From Octopus vulgaris (lineage: Eukaryota): DNA of 64,000 nt. The DNA lies in NCBI GenBank assembly GCA_951406725.2, contig OX597815.1, forward strand, positions 141,980,001-142,044,000, in the 5' to 3' direction. The first letter of the stretch is position 1; every line of letters begins with the position of its first letter. A model generated the notes under the pieces. That model made no database searches. It had not been told where the DNA came from and was given only the letters and a program-made list of their open reading frames with translations. Shown piece after piece: positions 1 to 12,700 of the stretch. A program made the position numbers and the translations under genes.

Positions 1-59
1 ATATATCTTATGTTTTTAATGTATTCATAGCATATTTATATAGTTGTATCTATACATAG

Positions 60-69
60 ATATATATAC

Positions 70-131
<62 letters not shown>
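60..131. repeat. (TA)n / (TACA)n microsatellite
   Basis: Directly visible dinucleotide run. Confidence 0.95.
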
Positions 132-137
<6 letters not shown>

Positions 138-299
138 TGTATTTTTGATTTGTTATTATGTGTATTTATGTATTTATAAATCTATATATTTTAGTGCATG
201 ATTTTGTGTACAAAACTTTTACAGCAGAATATATTTTAGTAACTCACATATGGTCATGCACCATTAGTTTTCAGACACACACATACACATATATGTATA

Positions 300-580
300 T
301 ATAATCGGCCTCAATACTAGCACGTTTCTATGCTTTTGCCAAACAGCTATGTTACGTGAACCTGAGCCTACCACCAGTTGTCAAGGGGTCAGCGAGGAAC
401 AAACACAGGAACAAAAGACTCATTACACGTACGTGGAAAACGAACTGAACCTAGGACAATTATACTTTTCAGGTCTAGTATTTATTTTGTCGGTGTTTCT
501 TTCCGAAACAAACCAACACTCGTTGTGAAGCAGTAGTGAGGGATAAACATAAAAAAAAAACGGAGACAAACACAAACACA
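300..580 (-). mobile_element. Degraded fragments of SINE family B (3' part, two partial copies)
   Basis: Motifs such as 'ttttgccaaacagctatgttacg', 'ctagtatttattttgtcggtgtttctttccgaa' and 'gacaaacacaaacacac' resemble the minus-strand family B copy at 17830-18236. Confidence 0.45.
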
Positions 581-644
581 CATACATATATGTGAGTATA
601 CATATATATGAAGGTTAGTCATTGTATTTCTCTTATATATATAT

Positions 645-1030
645 GGATGGAAGCACTCCGTCGGTTACGACGATGAGGGTTCCGGTTGATCCGAATCAAC
701 GGAACAGCCTGCTCGTGAAATTAACGTGTAAGTGGCTGAGCACTCCACAGACACGTGTACCCTTAACGTAGTTCTCGGGGATATTCAGCGTGACACAGAG
801 AGTGACAAGGCCGGCCCTTTGAAATACAGGTACAACAGAAACAGGAAGTAAGAGTGAGAGAAAGTTGTGGTGAAAGAGTACAGCAGGGATCACCACCATC
901 CTATACCGGAGCGTCGTGGAGCTTTAGGTGTTTTCGCTTAATAAACACTCACAACGCCCGGTCTGGGAATTGAAACCGCGATCCTATGACCGCGCGTCCG
1001 CTGCTCTAACCACTGGGCCATTGCGCCTCC
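645..1030 (-). mobile_element. tRNA-derived SINE family A, full length (about 385 bp; tentatively octopus OK-like)
   Basis: The minus strand starts GGAGGCGCAATGGCCCAGTGGTTAGAGCAGCG (A box) and has GGTTTCAATTCCC (B box). Near-identical copies lie at 7133-7510 and 30114-30496. It sits between (TA)n runs. The family name is from recollection only. Confidence 0.9.
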
Positions 1031-1035
1031 ACTCA

Positions 1036-1066
1036 TATATATATATATACATATATACATATATAA

Positions 1067-1142
<76 letters not shown>
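1036..1142. repeat. Compound (TA)n-(TG)n microsatellite
   Basis: Directly visible. Confidence 0.95.
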
Positions 1143-1145
<3 letters not shown>

Positions 1146-1194
1146 TATCGATGTACATACATACGTATATACCCATATATACATATAGGCATAT

Positions 1195-1347
1195 ACCACG
1201 GTTTTCCTCCGAAGAAATTCATTCACATTGCTTTGATCGACTCGAGGCTATAGTAATAGAGACTTATCCAAGGTCTCACGCAGTGGAACTGAAGCATGAA
1301 TCATGGTTTGGAAAGTATGCTACTTACCACGCAGCAATGGCTGCATT
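1195..1347 (-). mobile_element. Degraded 5' half of SINE family B
   Basis: 'gaggctatagtaatagagacttatccaaggtctcacgcagtggaactgaagc...ctacttaccacgcagc' matches 18131-18223 (family B head, minus strand). Confidence 0.7.
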
Positions 1348-1361
1348 TGTGATACAATTTT

Positions 1362-1497
1362 TTGTATTGCCCACAGGGGGCTAAACGTAGAGGCGACAAT
1401 CAAAGACCGACAGTGGTATTAAGTTGATTATATCGACCTTAGTGCGTAACTAATATTATTTAATAGACCCCGAAAGGATGAAATGCAAAGTCGCCAC
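1362..1497 (-). mobile_element. SINE family C, 3' portion
   Basis: 'cccacagggggctaaac...attaagttgattatatcgac...gaccccgaaaggatgaaatgcaaagtcg' matches 52365-52490 and the 33060-33440 copies. Confidence 0.8.
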
Positions 1498-2193
1498 CTT
1501 TGCATTTGTGATATATTATACTTCTGATTTCAACCTCCCACAAATAAAGGCGCATTTTCTGCTGTGTGTGTGAGCACGTACAAACGTGAGACGGATTGTG
1601 TGTGTTCGATGGACTACAGGTCACGAGGTTTTAGTGAATATTGCAGTCAGTTGGGCAAAACTTAGGGTTTCCGGATTTGCACCAACTGCAAACTTATAAT
1701 TGCAATATTATATTATACTCATATCATAATGTTTTTTATTGATATATGTACATATATGTGTGTCTGCCTGTGTGTGTGTCTGTGTCTGTGTATCTGTGTC
1801 TGTGTGCGTGTGTCCTGGCTTGTTTTCATGGCAACCAGTGTTCTGTGCCCGTGTCTGTATGTCAGAAATCGTTTTTCCGCCATTCCTTCTTGCAACTATC
1901 TCTCTGACAATACAAATTTCTACCAACTCATATTCTTCCAGTGAAGCATGAACAATAAGACTAGATCCACACCCTCCACCATCGCCATCGCCAATAATCC
2001 CACTGAATCCCTGTGGCTGACATGTCCATTTATCTATATAACATTTATCAGTACTTATACTTCCTTTCACATTCACCATTATACTTATACTTCCCCAGTA
2101 ACCTCACTATAATGCATTCCGTGTATACATCAGGCTTTGTAATTACCACACTCTATTACTTTTGCATTCATTTATTCTTTGCGAATGTATATA

Positions 2194-3048
2194 CGAGCGT
2201 TGGACAAAATAATGGGGAAAAACTCCTATCATCATAGCATCATAATTTTGAAATATCTATAAAACCATCAAAGGCTCGTTTATTGTTTATGTTTTTCTTT
2301 AATTTATTATTAGTGTTGTTTAATATGTTTTGCTAAAATTGCTGCATTTGTTCAGATATAATTAGAAAAAAGTTAATTAAAATTCATTAAAATAACAGAT
2401 CTATCGGACTTTCAAATAGGTCAAATTGTTGATGCTCGTATAGCAGGCGCTAGCGTAACGAAAGCAGCCGAAATGTTTGGTGTATCAAGAGTTACTGTCT
2501 CTAATGTAATGACAGCCTTTGAGAAAGAGGGAAAAAGCTCCTCATCGAAACAAAACTCTCGAAGAAAACCAAAATTGTCAGATAGGGACTCTTACACGAA
2601 TTCTTAGAACGGATCACAGAAGTACAGCTCAAAAATTACTGCAGAGCTTAATGACCACCTCGAGAACCCAGTTTCCACAAAAGCTGTCTCCCGGGATTTC
2701 ACGGGAGTCCTGCAATCAGAAAATCACTACTTTCAAAAACAAATGTTGCAAAGCCTTAGAGTGGAGTAAAAACTCCAGAACTAGACCCTAGAGCAGTGGA
2801 AGAATGTTATTTTCTCGGAGGAGTTATCCTTTACCTTATTTCCGACAACAGGCCGAGTATACGTGTGGAGACAACCAAGAGAAGCATTTCACTCAAACTG
2901 GCTTCTTCCAACTGTTAATCAAGGAGGAAGGTCTGTGATGTGGGGGCGTGTATCCTGAATGGCACGAAGAACATTCTAAAGAAGTTGAACATCTTATCTG
3001 GCCACCACAGTCCCCATATCTCAATATTATTGAACAATTGTGGTGCAT
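2194..3048 (+). mobile_element. Decayed, 3'-truncated Tc1-family DNA transposon with transposase pseudogene
   Basis: TA-flanked Tc1-like left end CGAGCGTTGGACAAAATAATGG. Frameshifted translation gives LSDFQIGQIVDARIAGASVTKAAEMFGVSRVTVS (HTH), WKNVIFSEELSF (decayed first D), GRVYVWRQPRE and WPPQSPYLNIIEQLW (SPDLN-IE motif). The middle D region is deleted and no right TIR was found. Confidence 0.9.
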
Positions 3049-3122
3049 TATATATATATATATATAATGCACCAAAATTGTTCAATAATATTGAGATCTA
3101 GGGGCTGTGGTGGCCAGATAAG
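2993..3122. repeat. Inverted duplication (about 55-bp arms) of the Tc1 3' sequence, centred on (TA)n
   Basis: cttatctggccaccacag...gtgcat-(TA)n-atgcacc...ctgtggtggccagataag, with a few mismatches between arms. Confidence 0.95.
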
Positions 3123-4700
3123 ACACACAGAATATATATGTACTGTACACTCACGCAACTGTATTTTATACTTAGTTAACTTCTTAACCAAACGAACATC
3201 CTTCATTTTTAGCCACCGATTACTATTTTGACAGAAATAAAACATACTGTATCTATTTATATAGAATTGATGCATATATAAACAGTGGTTGCCTCAATTA
3301 GAACGAGGAACTTGCGGACTAATTTCTGACATACAGAATACCATTTAAATTAAAAGAATTTGAGTTTAGATACATATCTAAACTCAAATCGTTTTGCTCC
3401 ACCCAACAATAAGATTTAAAAAAATGAAAGTTTAGATTTTTATATTTACATGTATACACATACATTAGTGCACTTATGCATGTTGTGCATAAATGCGCAT
3501 GGTTTTCCATATTTATGAATAGATGCATGATAAATTGCCACAAATAAACTTTAATGAGTAACAGACAAGTATAAAAGAACTTTGAATAACAATTTTTAAT
3601 TCGAATGTGTAATGAATATTTGTTTTGAGATATATTTTTATGGCAAAATATTTACCGATATGTGCCTATATTTTACTATTTATAAACTAAATGCCCTTTA
3701 TTTTAGTGTTTATCAGTATTTGTATTTTAAAATTCTATTTCATTTCATTAAAACAAAATATTGCTACTTATTGTGCAGCAGAGAAATACTTGAAAACACA
3801 AATTTCAGTTAATGTTTGTTTATATATTACATATAATGAAAAGAGTTGTATTATTTATTTGTATCATAATATTTGATGCAAGCAATTGCTTCCAATTAAA
3901 AGCTAAAATTTATCATTCATTATTAGAAGTGTAAATATTATATGATGGTAAATAAACAATAAACACCCTTTCCATTTGATTTGATTTTAATATTATATTC
4001 GTCCATAAAAATATTCCATTTTCCTTCATATGTGAATTCTGTAACTTCGTCACAATGAATTATTAATATCCAATTCGTTGTTTTAAATTGGTTTTACAGT
4101 AATTAGTTTAATTACATACATTTTGATAAGGTGTATGTACAAATGTCTGTAAACTTGCTTTGAGAAGCATTCGAGAAATAATTCGTATTCAAATATAATG
4201 TCCACATATGTAACATAGAGTAATTGGCTCTTGTGCACAATCACAAAACGCTAGACTGCCATTGATAATTCAATGAGAATAATGACTTATAGGATGCAAA
4301 ATAAATTATGAAACATGAAGGAAATTATCTTCTTTCAGAACATTGGCCTGCGCTAAAAATATTACATATAAAATTAATTTACATTTTCAAAATTCTAGTG
4401 CATAACATGATGTCTAGCACCATGTATTAGCATCTCTATACAAAGGAATTTTCAAAGCTGATACCATTTTGCATGAGTGTCATTTTGATTTAAAGATAAC
4501 ATTAAAAAATATGCAGCCCACATTATGATACATAATCGAGGATAAATATGTTAGTTGGCCCTGTAAGTGTATTAACAATGGTAAATGACTCTCATGATTT
4601 GGTGAATTGTAGGTATTATTACAAATGTTATAATTTAGGATACAGAACTAAAAATGCAAATCTATATTCCTTATTTCTCATTCTAGCTGTAACATAAGCG

Positions 4701-4704
<4 letters not shown>

Positions 4705-4790
<86 letters not shown>
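4705..4790. repeat. (TA)n microsatellite
   Basis: Directly visible. Confidence 0.95.
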
Positions 4791-4794
<4 letters not shown>

Positions 4795-4795
<1 letters not shown>

Positions 4796-5092
4796 CAGCT
4801 AACAAAAACATGGACACCTAATTCTTTTCGAGCAACGAAAGAAACAAATAGAGAACCGAGACATGCAACATAAAGAACAGTCCCTTCACCAGTTGTCCTT
4901 TCAACACTTGTTTCTCCAGCGTTCACCACTTCACCTCGTTATGGCTTAACAGCCCTTAACGCTTGTATTTTTCTGTGTTGTTCTTATTGCCCTGTTTTTG
5001 TCACCACTTTAACCCACCACAAATCACAAATGTTTTTTTAATTTGCTTTGCGGGAACGACTGTTTTAACGAAGTCCCGTCTTGTCCCAACGT
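4795..5092. mobile_element. Interspersed repeat with its 3' part inverted in front of its 5' part (possible Penelope-like end)
   Basis: 4862-4898 (catgcaacataaagaacagtcccttcaccagttgtcc) is the reverse complement of about 6973-7011, whereas about 4915-5090 matches about 6795-6965 directly. It starts at a (TA)n tract. Confidence 0.65.
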
Positions 5093-5893
5093 GTACATAC
5101 ACCACGCATATATAGATAGATAAATCCATACATACACACACACATGCATAAATATATACATACATGCATGCATACATACATATGCATATACATATTCAAA
5201 AGATGAGGAAGATATCTCAGGAATGTGAAAGAATTGCAATATACGTGATTGATAACCATAAAGCATGAAAACATGCTAATGATATGCGTGAAAATAAATT
5301 CACAAGATACAAATATGTACATGAAAATTCATATCCATTACGGTATATTTAAATATCTGTAATTAGAAAAATAATCGATATGTGCAATGCTGATTTCTGA
5401 ACAGAATAGCTACCTCACGGAAAGACAGATGTTGTTATGAACGTGACAGGTATTTTCAAATACATTAAAATTAGATTCACAAATTCCGTTCATAATTTTA
5501 ATAAGATTACACATTATATACTGAATGTATGAGTCTAACGAATTAGATCAGCGACAGATATGAATTTCCCAGATATGAATTTCCTGTCTTAAATCGGCCT
5601 ACGCAGGGAACAATATCCAAATGAAGAAAGTATGTACTTACACCCAGTGTATACAATCACGTTGATATAGAAAAAATCGCAAAGGAGCAAAGAACATTGG
5701 AAATATATTACTGTGAAATAAAGAGCTTCAACAGTTTTGTGCATGTGAAAATACTTTTTATTATATTTCTCTATATGTCCATAAATCAGAAGCTTAGCAT
5801 ATTTGTATAATAATATAATCCATACAATAAGTTATAAACCGAATAATCATTTCTTCTTCATCAACAGACTGTAACACACACATACAGATAAAG

Positions 5894-5937
<44 letters not shown>

Positions 5938-6595
5938 GTAAAATTAAGAAGGAGGAAACCATTTCAAAGGTCGGTGTATACATTCAACACATTTCAAATT
6001 ATCCAAATTCCCCATAGTACACACTGTATATAGAGGTGTTCACATATGTAAGATATGATGAAGATTTATAAGAATATATAAATACATATATATACGAAGA
6101 GTTATAAATATATAAAATTTCATAAATTTATAAATAATCACAAACGCATAATTATATAATCACATAAATACATAGATGTACTGCGGTGTCCGAATGTCCG
6201 TATTAGAATCAATGAGGTGGGTAGATACGAAAGTTATTATAAAATAGTTCACGAAGAATCCTAAATAGGTAGAAAATCTTACGGCTGTTTCGAGAAGTTA
6301 TAGGTTGATATGGGTGACCTAACTCCAACCATAGCAGTTATCTATACTTCTCTCATCAGAGTTAAGGGATTCAAAGTGTTGAAGTTTTAAAGGATATTAG
6401 AAATTTGAGAACTTTTAAAAAACGAAAGTTTTATCGAACCATACCCTTCATGCAGAGGATATAATTAAAATTAAAATATATGTGAGGGCATCTATGTATA
6501 TTTTATACTATGAAGAATTTCGATAATTTAAAATGGATTGGATGAATATATACACTAACCTTTGAAATTTGTTCCTCCCCTTCTTAATTTTATAT
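5938..6595 (-). mobile_element. Probable Penelope-like element end bounded by diverged inverted repeats and carrying a hammerhead motif
   Basis: 5938-6047 (aaaattaagaaggaggaaaccatttcaaaggtcggtgtatacattc...) matches the reverse complement of about 6478-6592. A hammerhead core lies at 6276-6363. Confidence 0.55.
6276..6363 (-). ncRNA. Type I hammerhead ribozyme motif with extended stem II
   Basis: Minus strand: aacu-CUGAUGA-gagaagu...(long insert)...acuucuc-GAAAC-agcc-GUA-agauu. The core is intact, stem II gagaagu/acuucuc is perfect, and stem I is short. Confidence 0.7.
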
Positions 6596-6689
6596 TCCTG
6601 AAGTTCCAGTAGAGCGCTATTTGGTTGAGCTGTATAAAGAGGATAACTATACCGTTTATATCTTCATTATCTCTCTCATTCTCCCTCCT

Positions 6690-7125
6690 TGACACACTCG
6701 TCACTGTCACGTGTCGAAAAGGAATCCATCTGTCTGCCTATTTCCTTCCTAAAGACAAGACGTGCTTTTACCTGTCTCCTCTCATAAGCTCGTCCTCCTA
6801 GCGTTCATAGTAATATTTCTATCGTCTTGGCTTTACAGCCCTCAACGCTTGTTTTTACTGTCTCGTTCTCACTGTCCTATTCTTGTTACCACTTTTACCC
6901 TTCGCAAAAACTTGCAAATTTTATTTACGGGAAGTTCTGTTTCAATGAAATCGCATATTGTCCTTGAAACGGGGACAACTGATGAAGGGGGAATATTCTT
7001 TATGTTGCATGCCTTTGTTTTTTTCGTTCTTCCAAAACAAGTTCGTTTTGTATGTTTTTATTTTTATGTTTTCATTTCTCATTGCGTTCAACGTTTACTT
7101 TTTTGATGTCCTGTGCCCATATATG
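6690..7125 (+). mobile_element. Interspersed repeat related to 4795-5092 (possible Penelope-like terminus)
   Basis: Shares 'ggctttacagccctcaacgcttg...' and 'ggacaactgatgaagggg..atattctttatgttgcatg' with 4795-5092. The class assignment is an inference. Confidence 0.55.
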
Positions 7126-7132
7126 CATGTAT

Positions 7133-7510
7133 GCGCAATGGCCCAGTGATTAGGGCAGCGGACTCGCGGTCGTAGGATTGCGGTTTCGATTCCCAGACCG
7201 GGCGTTGTGAGTGTTTATTGAGCGAAAACACCTAAAAGCTCCACGAGGCTCCGGCAGGGATGGTGGTGATCCCTGCTGTACTCTTTCACCACTACTTTCC
7301 CTCACTCTTACTTCCTGTTTCTGTTGTACCTGTATTTCAAAGGGCCGGCCTTGTCACTCTCTGTGTCACGCTGAATATCCCCGAGAACTACGTTAAGGGT
7401 ACACGTGTCTGTGGAGTGCTCAGCCACTTACACGTTAATTTCACGAGCAGGCTGTTCCGTTGATCGGATCAACCGGAACCCTCGTCGTCGTAACCGACGG
7501 AGTGCTTCCA
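7133..7510 (+). mobile_element. tRNA-derived SINE family A, full length
   Basis: GCGCAATGGCCCAGTGATTAGGGCAGCGG...GGTTTCGATTCCC; near-exact reverse complement of 645-1030. Confidence 0.9.
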
Positions 7511-7556
7511 TATACATATATATGTAGGTATGTACATATATGTATGTATATATGCA

Positions 7557-7831
7557 TTTTACACAGAGTGGTATACCAGAAACAAGTTTAAAATAATTGC
7601 CATTACATATTATACCTTTATTGAAGCAAATTTGGCTTACAGCTACTTCCAGTACTTATTATAGATACATTAGAGAATATATATATATTCTCTATCTCTC
7701 TATGTATATATTCTCTAATGTATCTATAATAAGTACTGGAAGTAGCTGTAAGCCAAATTTGCTTCAATAAAGGTATAATATGTAATGGCAATTATTTTAA
7801 ACTTGTTTCTGGTATATCACTCTGTGTAAAA
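7557..7831. repeat. Near-perfect inverted repeat (about 125-bp arms) of a probable Penelope-like end
   Basis: ttttacacagagtggtatacc...tagagaatatata / tatatattctcta...ggtatatcactctgtgtaaaa, with one mismatch seen. It contains ggaagt-agct-gtaag, resembling the 3' half of the hammerhead at 49236-49250. The plus arm continues as unique sequence to about 8000. Confidence 0.9.
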
Positions 7832-8025
7832 TCCAGTTTGTCTGGAACCCATCCACGGATTTGCAATATAGAATTGTGATGGACCATTACTTTGGACCCC
7901 ATTTAAATATTACCTGGAGTTCTTCTCTAACCCAAGTAACATTGTTAGTCTGGTGTGTCAACAGAAAGCTTATGATGTATTTTGCCTGGATCGAAAATCC
8001 CTCTCTATTTCTCTCTCTCTCTCTC

Positions 8026-8097
<72 letters not shown>

Positions 8098-8099
8098 CT

Positions 8100-8218
8100 G
8101 ATAGAATAAGTACTAGGCTTCCAAAGAGTAAGTCCTGGGGTCAAGTTTCTCGACAAAAGGCGGTGCTCCAGTATGGCCACAGATAAATGTCTGAAACTAG
8201 TAAAAGAGAATGAAAGAG

Positions 8219-8222
<4 letters not shown>
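8100..8222 (+). mobile_element. 5'-truncated SINE family B (3' end)
   Basis: gatagaataagtactaggctt...ggcggtgctccagtatggcc...ctgaaactagtaaaagag matches 40705-40815. Confidence 0.85.
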
Positions 8223-8253
<31 letters not shown>

Positions 8254-9706
8254 ATATAAATCACAGTATGTGTATCTATATTGACTAAGGCATACATTTC
8301 CACAATACTCAAAAGATTTTTCCCAGACTATACACACACATTACTTACATCCCAAGGATGGTCATGCACTATAACATTTTCCCAGAGCTTGTGCGTAAGT
8401 GAACTAACCGGGAAAGACGGTGGCTTACAAAATTGTTCTCTAATTTATTTTATGTAACGTTTTTATGTAGTGTCTTCCATAGTTTTTTAATCTATATGGC
8501 CGTATTTTGGCATTGACGAATAAGTGAAAATTGGGAATAAGTTCGGGGACAATAAGAAAAATACTGGAATTGAATGAGTGAAAAATAATCATACAAGTCA
8601 GGTTACACAAATACAATACTGCTGAAGCGATGGGAAACTGATACAAAGTTGGGAGGTACAAATTTCCATCGTATGATGAGGAGTTGACAAACAAAGATTC
8701 ATGTACTGATGCACATAGAAAAGCGAGTGTTAGACGTGTAAGTGGAGGGAGAGGACACAGTGTGGAAACTACAATGATGGTAAAGTGGTGTATACTGCAC
8801 AGAGGAAAATTAGGGAATAAAAATGGTGTAAATTGGAAAAGTATCTTAGACAAAAGAGAGGGGTAAAGGTACGAAAAATAGTGAAAGGAATAGGATACAG
8901 TGTTGGTGCGAGTGTGTGTGTGTATGAATGTTTGTGTGCGCGTGTAAATGTGTGTGAGTTAGTGAGTGAGTGAGTGAGTGAGCGAGCGAGACAGTGGGTG
9001 AGTGATTGTGGTCGCTTGAACAATCTGAAGAGTCTGTAGCAAATTTGTACAACGGAGTTGTCAATTCAAACAAGAGCAGCGGGGGTTCAACCTGTGTTCG
9101 AGTACTTTTATAAGGAATGTTAAGTGAAATAATTCATCTGTGTGGATTTATATATCAGAAGATAACCCTTCATCATAATTAGGAAACTAGTTAGTTACTT
9201 AATATATAATATTTTATACAAAATACTAAGTTGCTCAAATATGAATGAACTAGTGACAATGTGAAAAAATTGTTAAAGCTAGGTATTTTACTTTTAACAT
9301 TAAGCTCCCTTGAGTTATATGTGTTTATCTATATTCACGTATCATTAATTGTGCACGCAAATATATACTTTTGTCATATTGTGTGTTTATATGTTATATT
9401 TTGCATTACGTACACACTAATATTGATCATGAACGAATCTAAAAAGAAATCACATTTTCCACTCAGCTTTGTTTTTTATATGTTCAACTGAAATTCAACA
9501 GCAGCAACATCTATCCTGTGTATAAAATTTCTCTTCAGTCTATTATATACATACACAAATATTAGTAATACGTCTACCGTTATGCTCAATGCGCAAATAT
9601 ATTAACTGTTTCACCACAGGAAGTTTGATGTCCATCGTTGTTAAATTAGGCATGCAAATATTTTATTTATGTGTGTGGTATAATGTTCCACTGTTAACAA
9701 GTTGAG

Positions 9707-9771
<65 letters not shown>

Positions 9772-12700
9772 TGTGTGCGTGTGTGTGTGTATGCATATAC
9801 ACACACATATACATGCACATGCGCACACACATGTAAACACATATGTACATATATATCTTGGTAGATATTAAGCTGCTGAATTTATGTTGACTGAAACAGC
9901 TAAAAATATCCTAACTGCAATAAAAAAAAAAATACCAGTGAACGATGCCACATGAAGGCACTTGTTTTGCGAATCTCTTTATCTGTGTAATTATATCCCA
10001 TTAGGTGATTTTTATTTAAAACACTGTTCAGACTGTCGGAATATGATATTCCTATCAATAATTAGGATTTGAAAACTAGGATACATGCATCAGGTTTTCT
10101 TTATGAGAGAATATATGGTTTCCGAGCTAATCAAAACTACTCTGCTATTTGATACTGGGTTTTATTTCCCTGTGAAATATACCGCTTTGCTGTGAAATAT
10201 CTGCTTTCATTCATCAATTTGTATTTGCTGAAACACTGCACTTATTATGTTGGGTTTCTTTCAGTATCTCAGTGCATTTCAACCATCCACAAAATATTGT
10301 TACATGGACATATCATAAGTTATATTGTTGGGCATCTACAAACAACACAATTTAAATAATAGCAACAAAAAATTATTTTCATACACAAGTAGATTCAACG
10401 GAACCATACGCTTTCTTCTTTTGAACTTCATTTACATGTACAGTTCAGATAGAATATCTTCTTAATTAACACACACTTAATCTCATCCCTACTGACACAA
10501 GATAGTAAATTTATAGCTATACAAATCTCAAAATATACTTTTATTTTCATATTATTAAGCATTTCATATTTCCAAAATTTTAATTGTTTTCCTTCCTTAG
10601 ATGCATCTTAGCAATCATTTTTTTAATAAAGATCACCTTTCATTCACATTACACAACTATGTATTGACTTCATTTACATCTACGGAGTGTTCGATCTAGA
10701 TATGATGATCTTATATGCCTTATCTGTTACGGGACATCAAAATGTATTGCTGGCCATGTAATAACGTTGGAGAGCATAACGATTAACGTTATAAGTGAGA
10801 GAAAGTTAACTGATATGAAGGACTCGAAACCATGTAAAAGAGTTAAATATATCATGATTTCTTTGCGCCGAGTATCGAAATGTTCAATGCTCTTTGAACA
10901 TTGGGCTCAATGGTCTGGGAACACAGTAAACGCTGTAGACGTGACTTGCACATCATGGAAAGTAAGTTCTCCAAACAGTGAGGGTCTTTGTGCATGCTGT
11001 CACACTTTTGAACCGGGCCTTCGGCTCACTTTAGCTGCTATGTGAATACCATTCACTCGTGGTAAGAAAGAGAGCAATAGCTTAAGGCTAATAATAAGCA
11101 ACAGGTGACCTAATTCTGTATCCATGCCACACTGAACAACTTCAACCCCATTTCTTTTTTTTCTTTCCTTCTTTTTCTTTGACAGTTAATGCATTTCGGC
11201 TCTGAATAAGATATCATTGAGCAGAGTTCTTCCCTATATTTCTAATTGATCAATCGATCTATTGATATAATTGAAAATACACAAATGCATATGTAAAAAA
11301 GCGTAATCCCATCAGAAGTAAATGCATATGCCCCATTATTTCCGTCTGTTCTATAAGCTTATATATATATATATACATAAATATGTGCATGAGTGTATAT
11401 TTATGTGCGTGCGTGTTCGCCTGTGTAATGTAAGACATACTAATCTATGTAAGCTTTAGTCAAGCTTTAGTTTAACTAAAGCTTACAGTGTAAGCTGTAG
11501 TTTTTAGCTTAATACTTCGTGTAGTCCCGAAATAAATATTCTATTATATAAAAGTGGTGGTCTACGCTTTTATTTTATTTGTTTCCATATCTGTTTAGAA
11601 AATTTCTGTTCTCCATAATTAAGTATAACATACTAAAACTTATGCAATGAGTTTCTGAAGATGAGTTACTAAGTGAAATTCAGTATTGCAAATCGGTATA
11701 ATAGACAATGAACAAGAAGGAAAGAGTTCGTAATCATAAAGTGAAATGCATCTATGCCAACTAACTACACGGGTGATACACTGTTTTAATTAAAACAGGG
11801 ATTTGTATTCATCAAATTCTTCAATACACATTTTTCCAGATGCATTTTTGAATTTTTAATCAAGCACTATAGTACCACGGAATGATCGCATTATTTTTCG
11901 CCTTCTCACAAACTTGTTTACCTCTTAGTTTTGTAACAGACGAGAAAGCAGCATGTGAAATAGTTTATCCCTTGCCGCGCCAAATGACGACATAGGATTT
12001 AATTCAAGGTAAAATGAAATTCGCTTTAATTATATTCCTAATTATATTAACTTTAAGTGACCAAAAACGTGTAGCTTTCTTGAAAGAAATCAATATTATC
12101 TCGACGTATATGATACTAAAAGGAAGCTTACAAAGCTGGGAAGATCATGAACAGCTGCTCGCTTTTCCTACTTGACTTTTTCTACCTTGGCAAATATGCT
12201 AAATAGATTTTCACATAGAGAATTCCTTTTTACCAACAATTTTTCTTTTCTTTTCTTCATTTGAATTGTTAGATCAAATCCTTCTTTTTCTGCTGTCATA
12301 TGAATGAAAAGAAGGCTAATATTAAACATGAATTTTAAGTGTTATACATGTTTATTTTTCTTTCGTTGCAACATAGATCAATTTATTATAGAGCTGCATT
12401 CTGTAACTTTTAAAGTATGCTGCATGGCTTCCTTCACAACTTGAATTACAGAGAAAACAAAATGTTGGAAATGTGTGAACAAATATAAGCATAAATTGTT
12501 GATATTATAGCTAGTAAACATTCGGGACAGAATTACTCTTTCTAACCTCTAAGTTAGAGCAAAGAAACCCTAGAATATCAGATATTATAAATGTTATTTA
12601 AAACGCTGTGTCAAGTAATTCTTATTTTAGATAGAGCTGTAATTGGACGGCAACATAACAAACTTATGTATTAAATTGTTTGATTGTGCAAAATTTCAAA

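Noticed and set aside
696-899. Recurrent 67-72-aa ORF MVVIPAVLFHH... (also 7260-7463 and 30162-30380)
   Set aside because: It is the same SINE family A sequence translated three times. The similarity reflects young repeat copies, not a protein family.
950-1030. tRNA-like sequences with A and B boxes (all SINE heads, and a lone B box at about 33632-33643 on the minus strand)
   Set aside because: They continue into SINE bodies or lack a complete cloverleaf, so they are not tRNA genes.
6975-7010. CUGAUGA in the 6690-7125 repeat
   Set aside because: No correctly placed GAAA and NUH with supporting stems were found, so it is not called a ribozyme.
11449-11512. Cluster of AAGCTT-containing short direct and inverted repeats
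   Set aside because: It is a small local duplication and hairpin with no further support for function.
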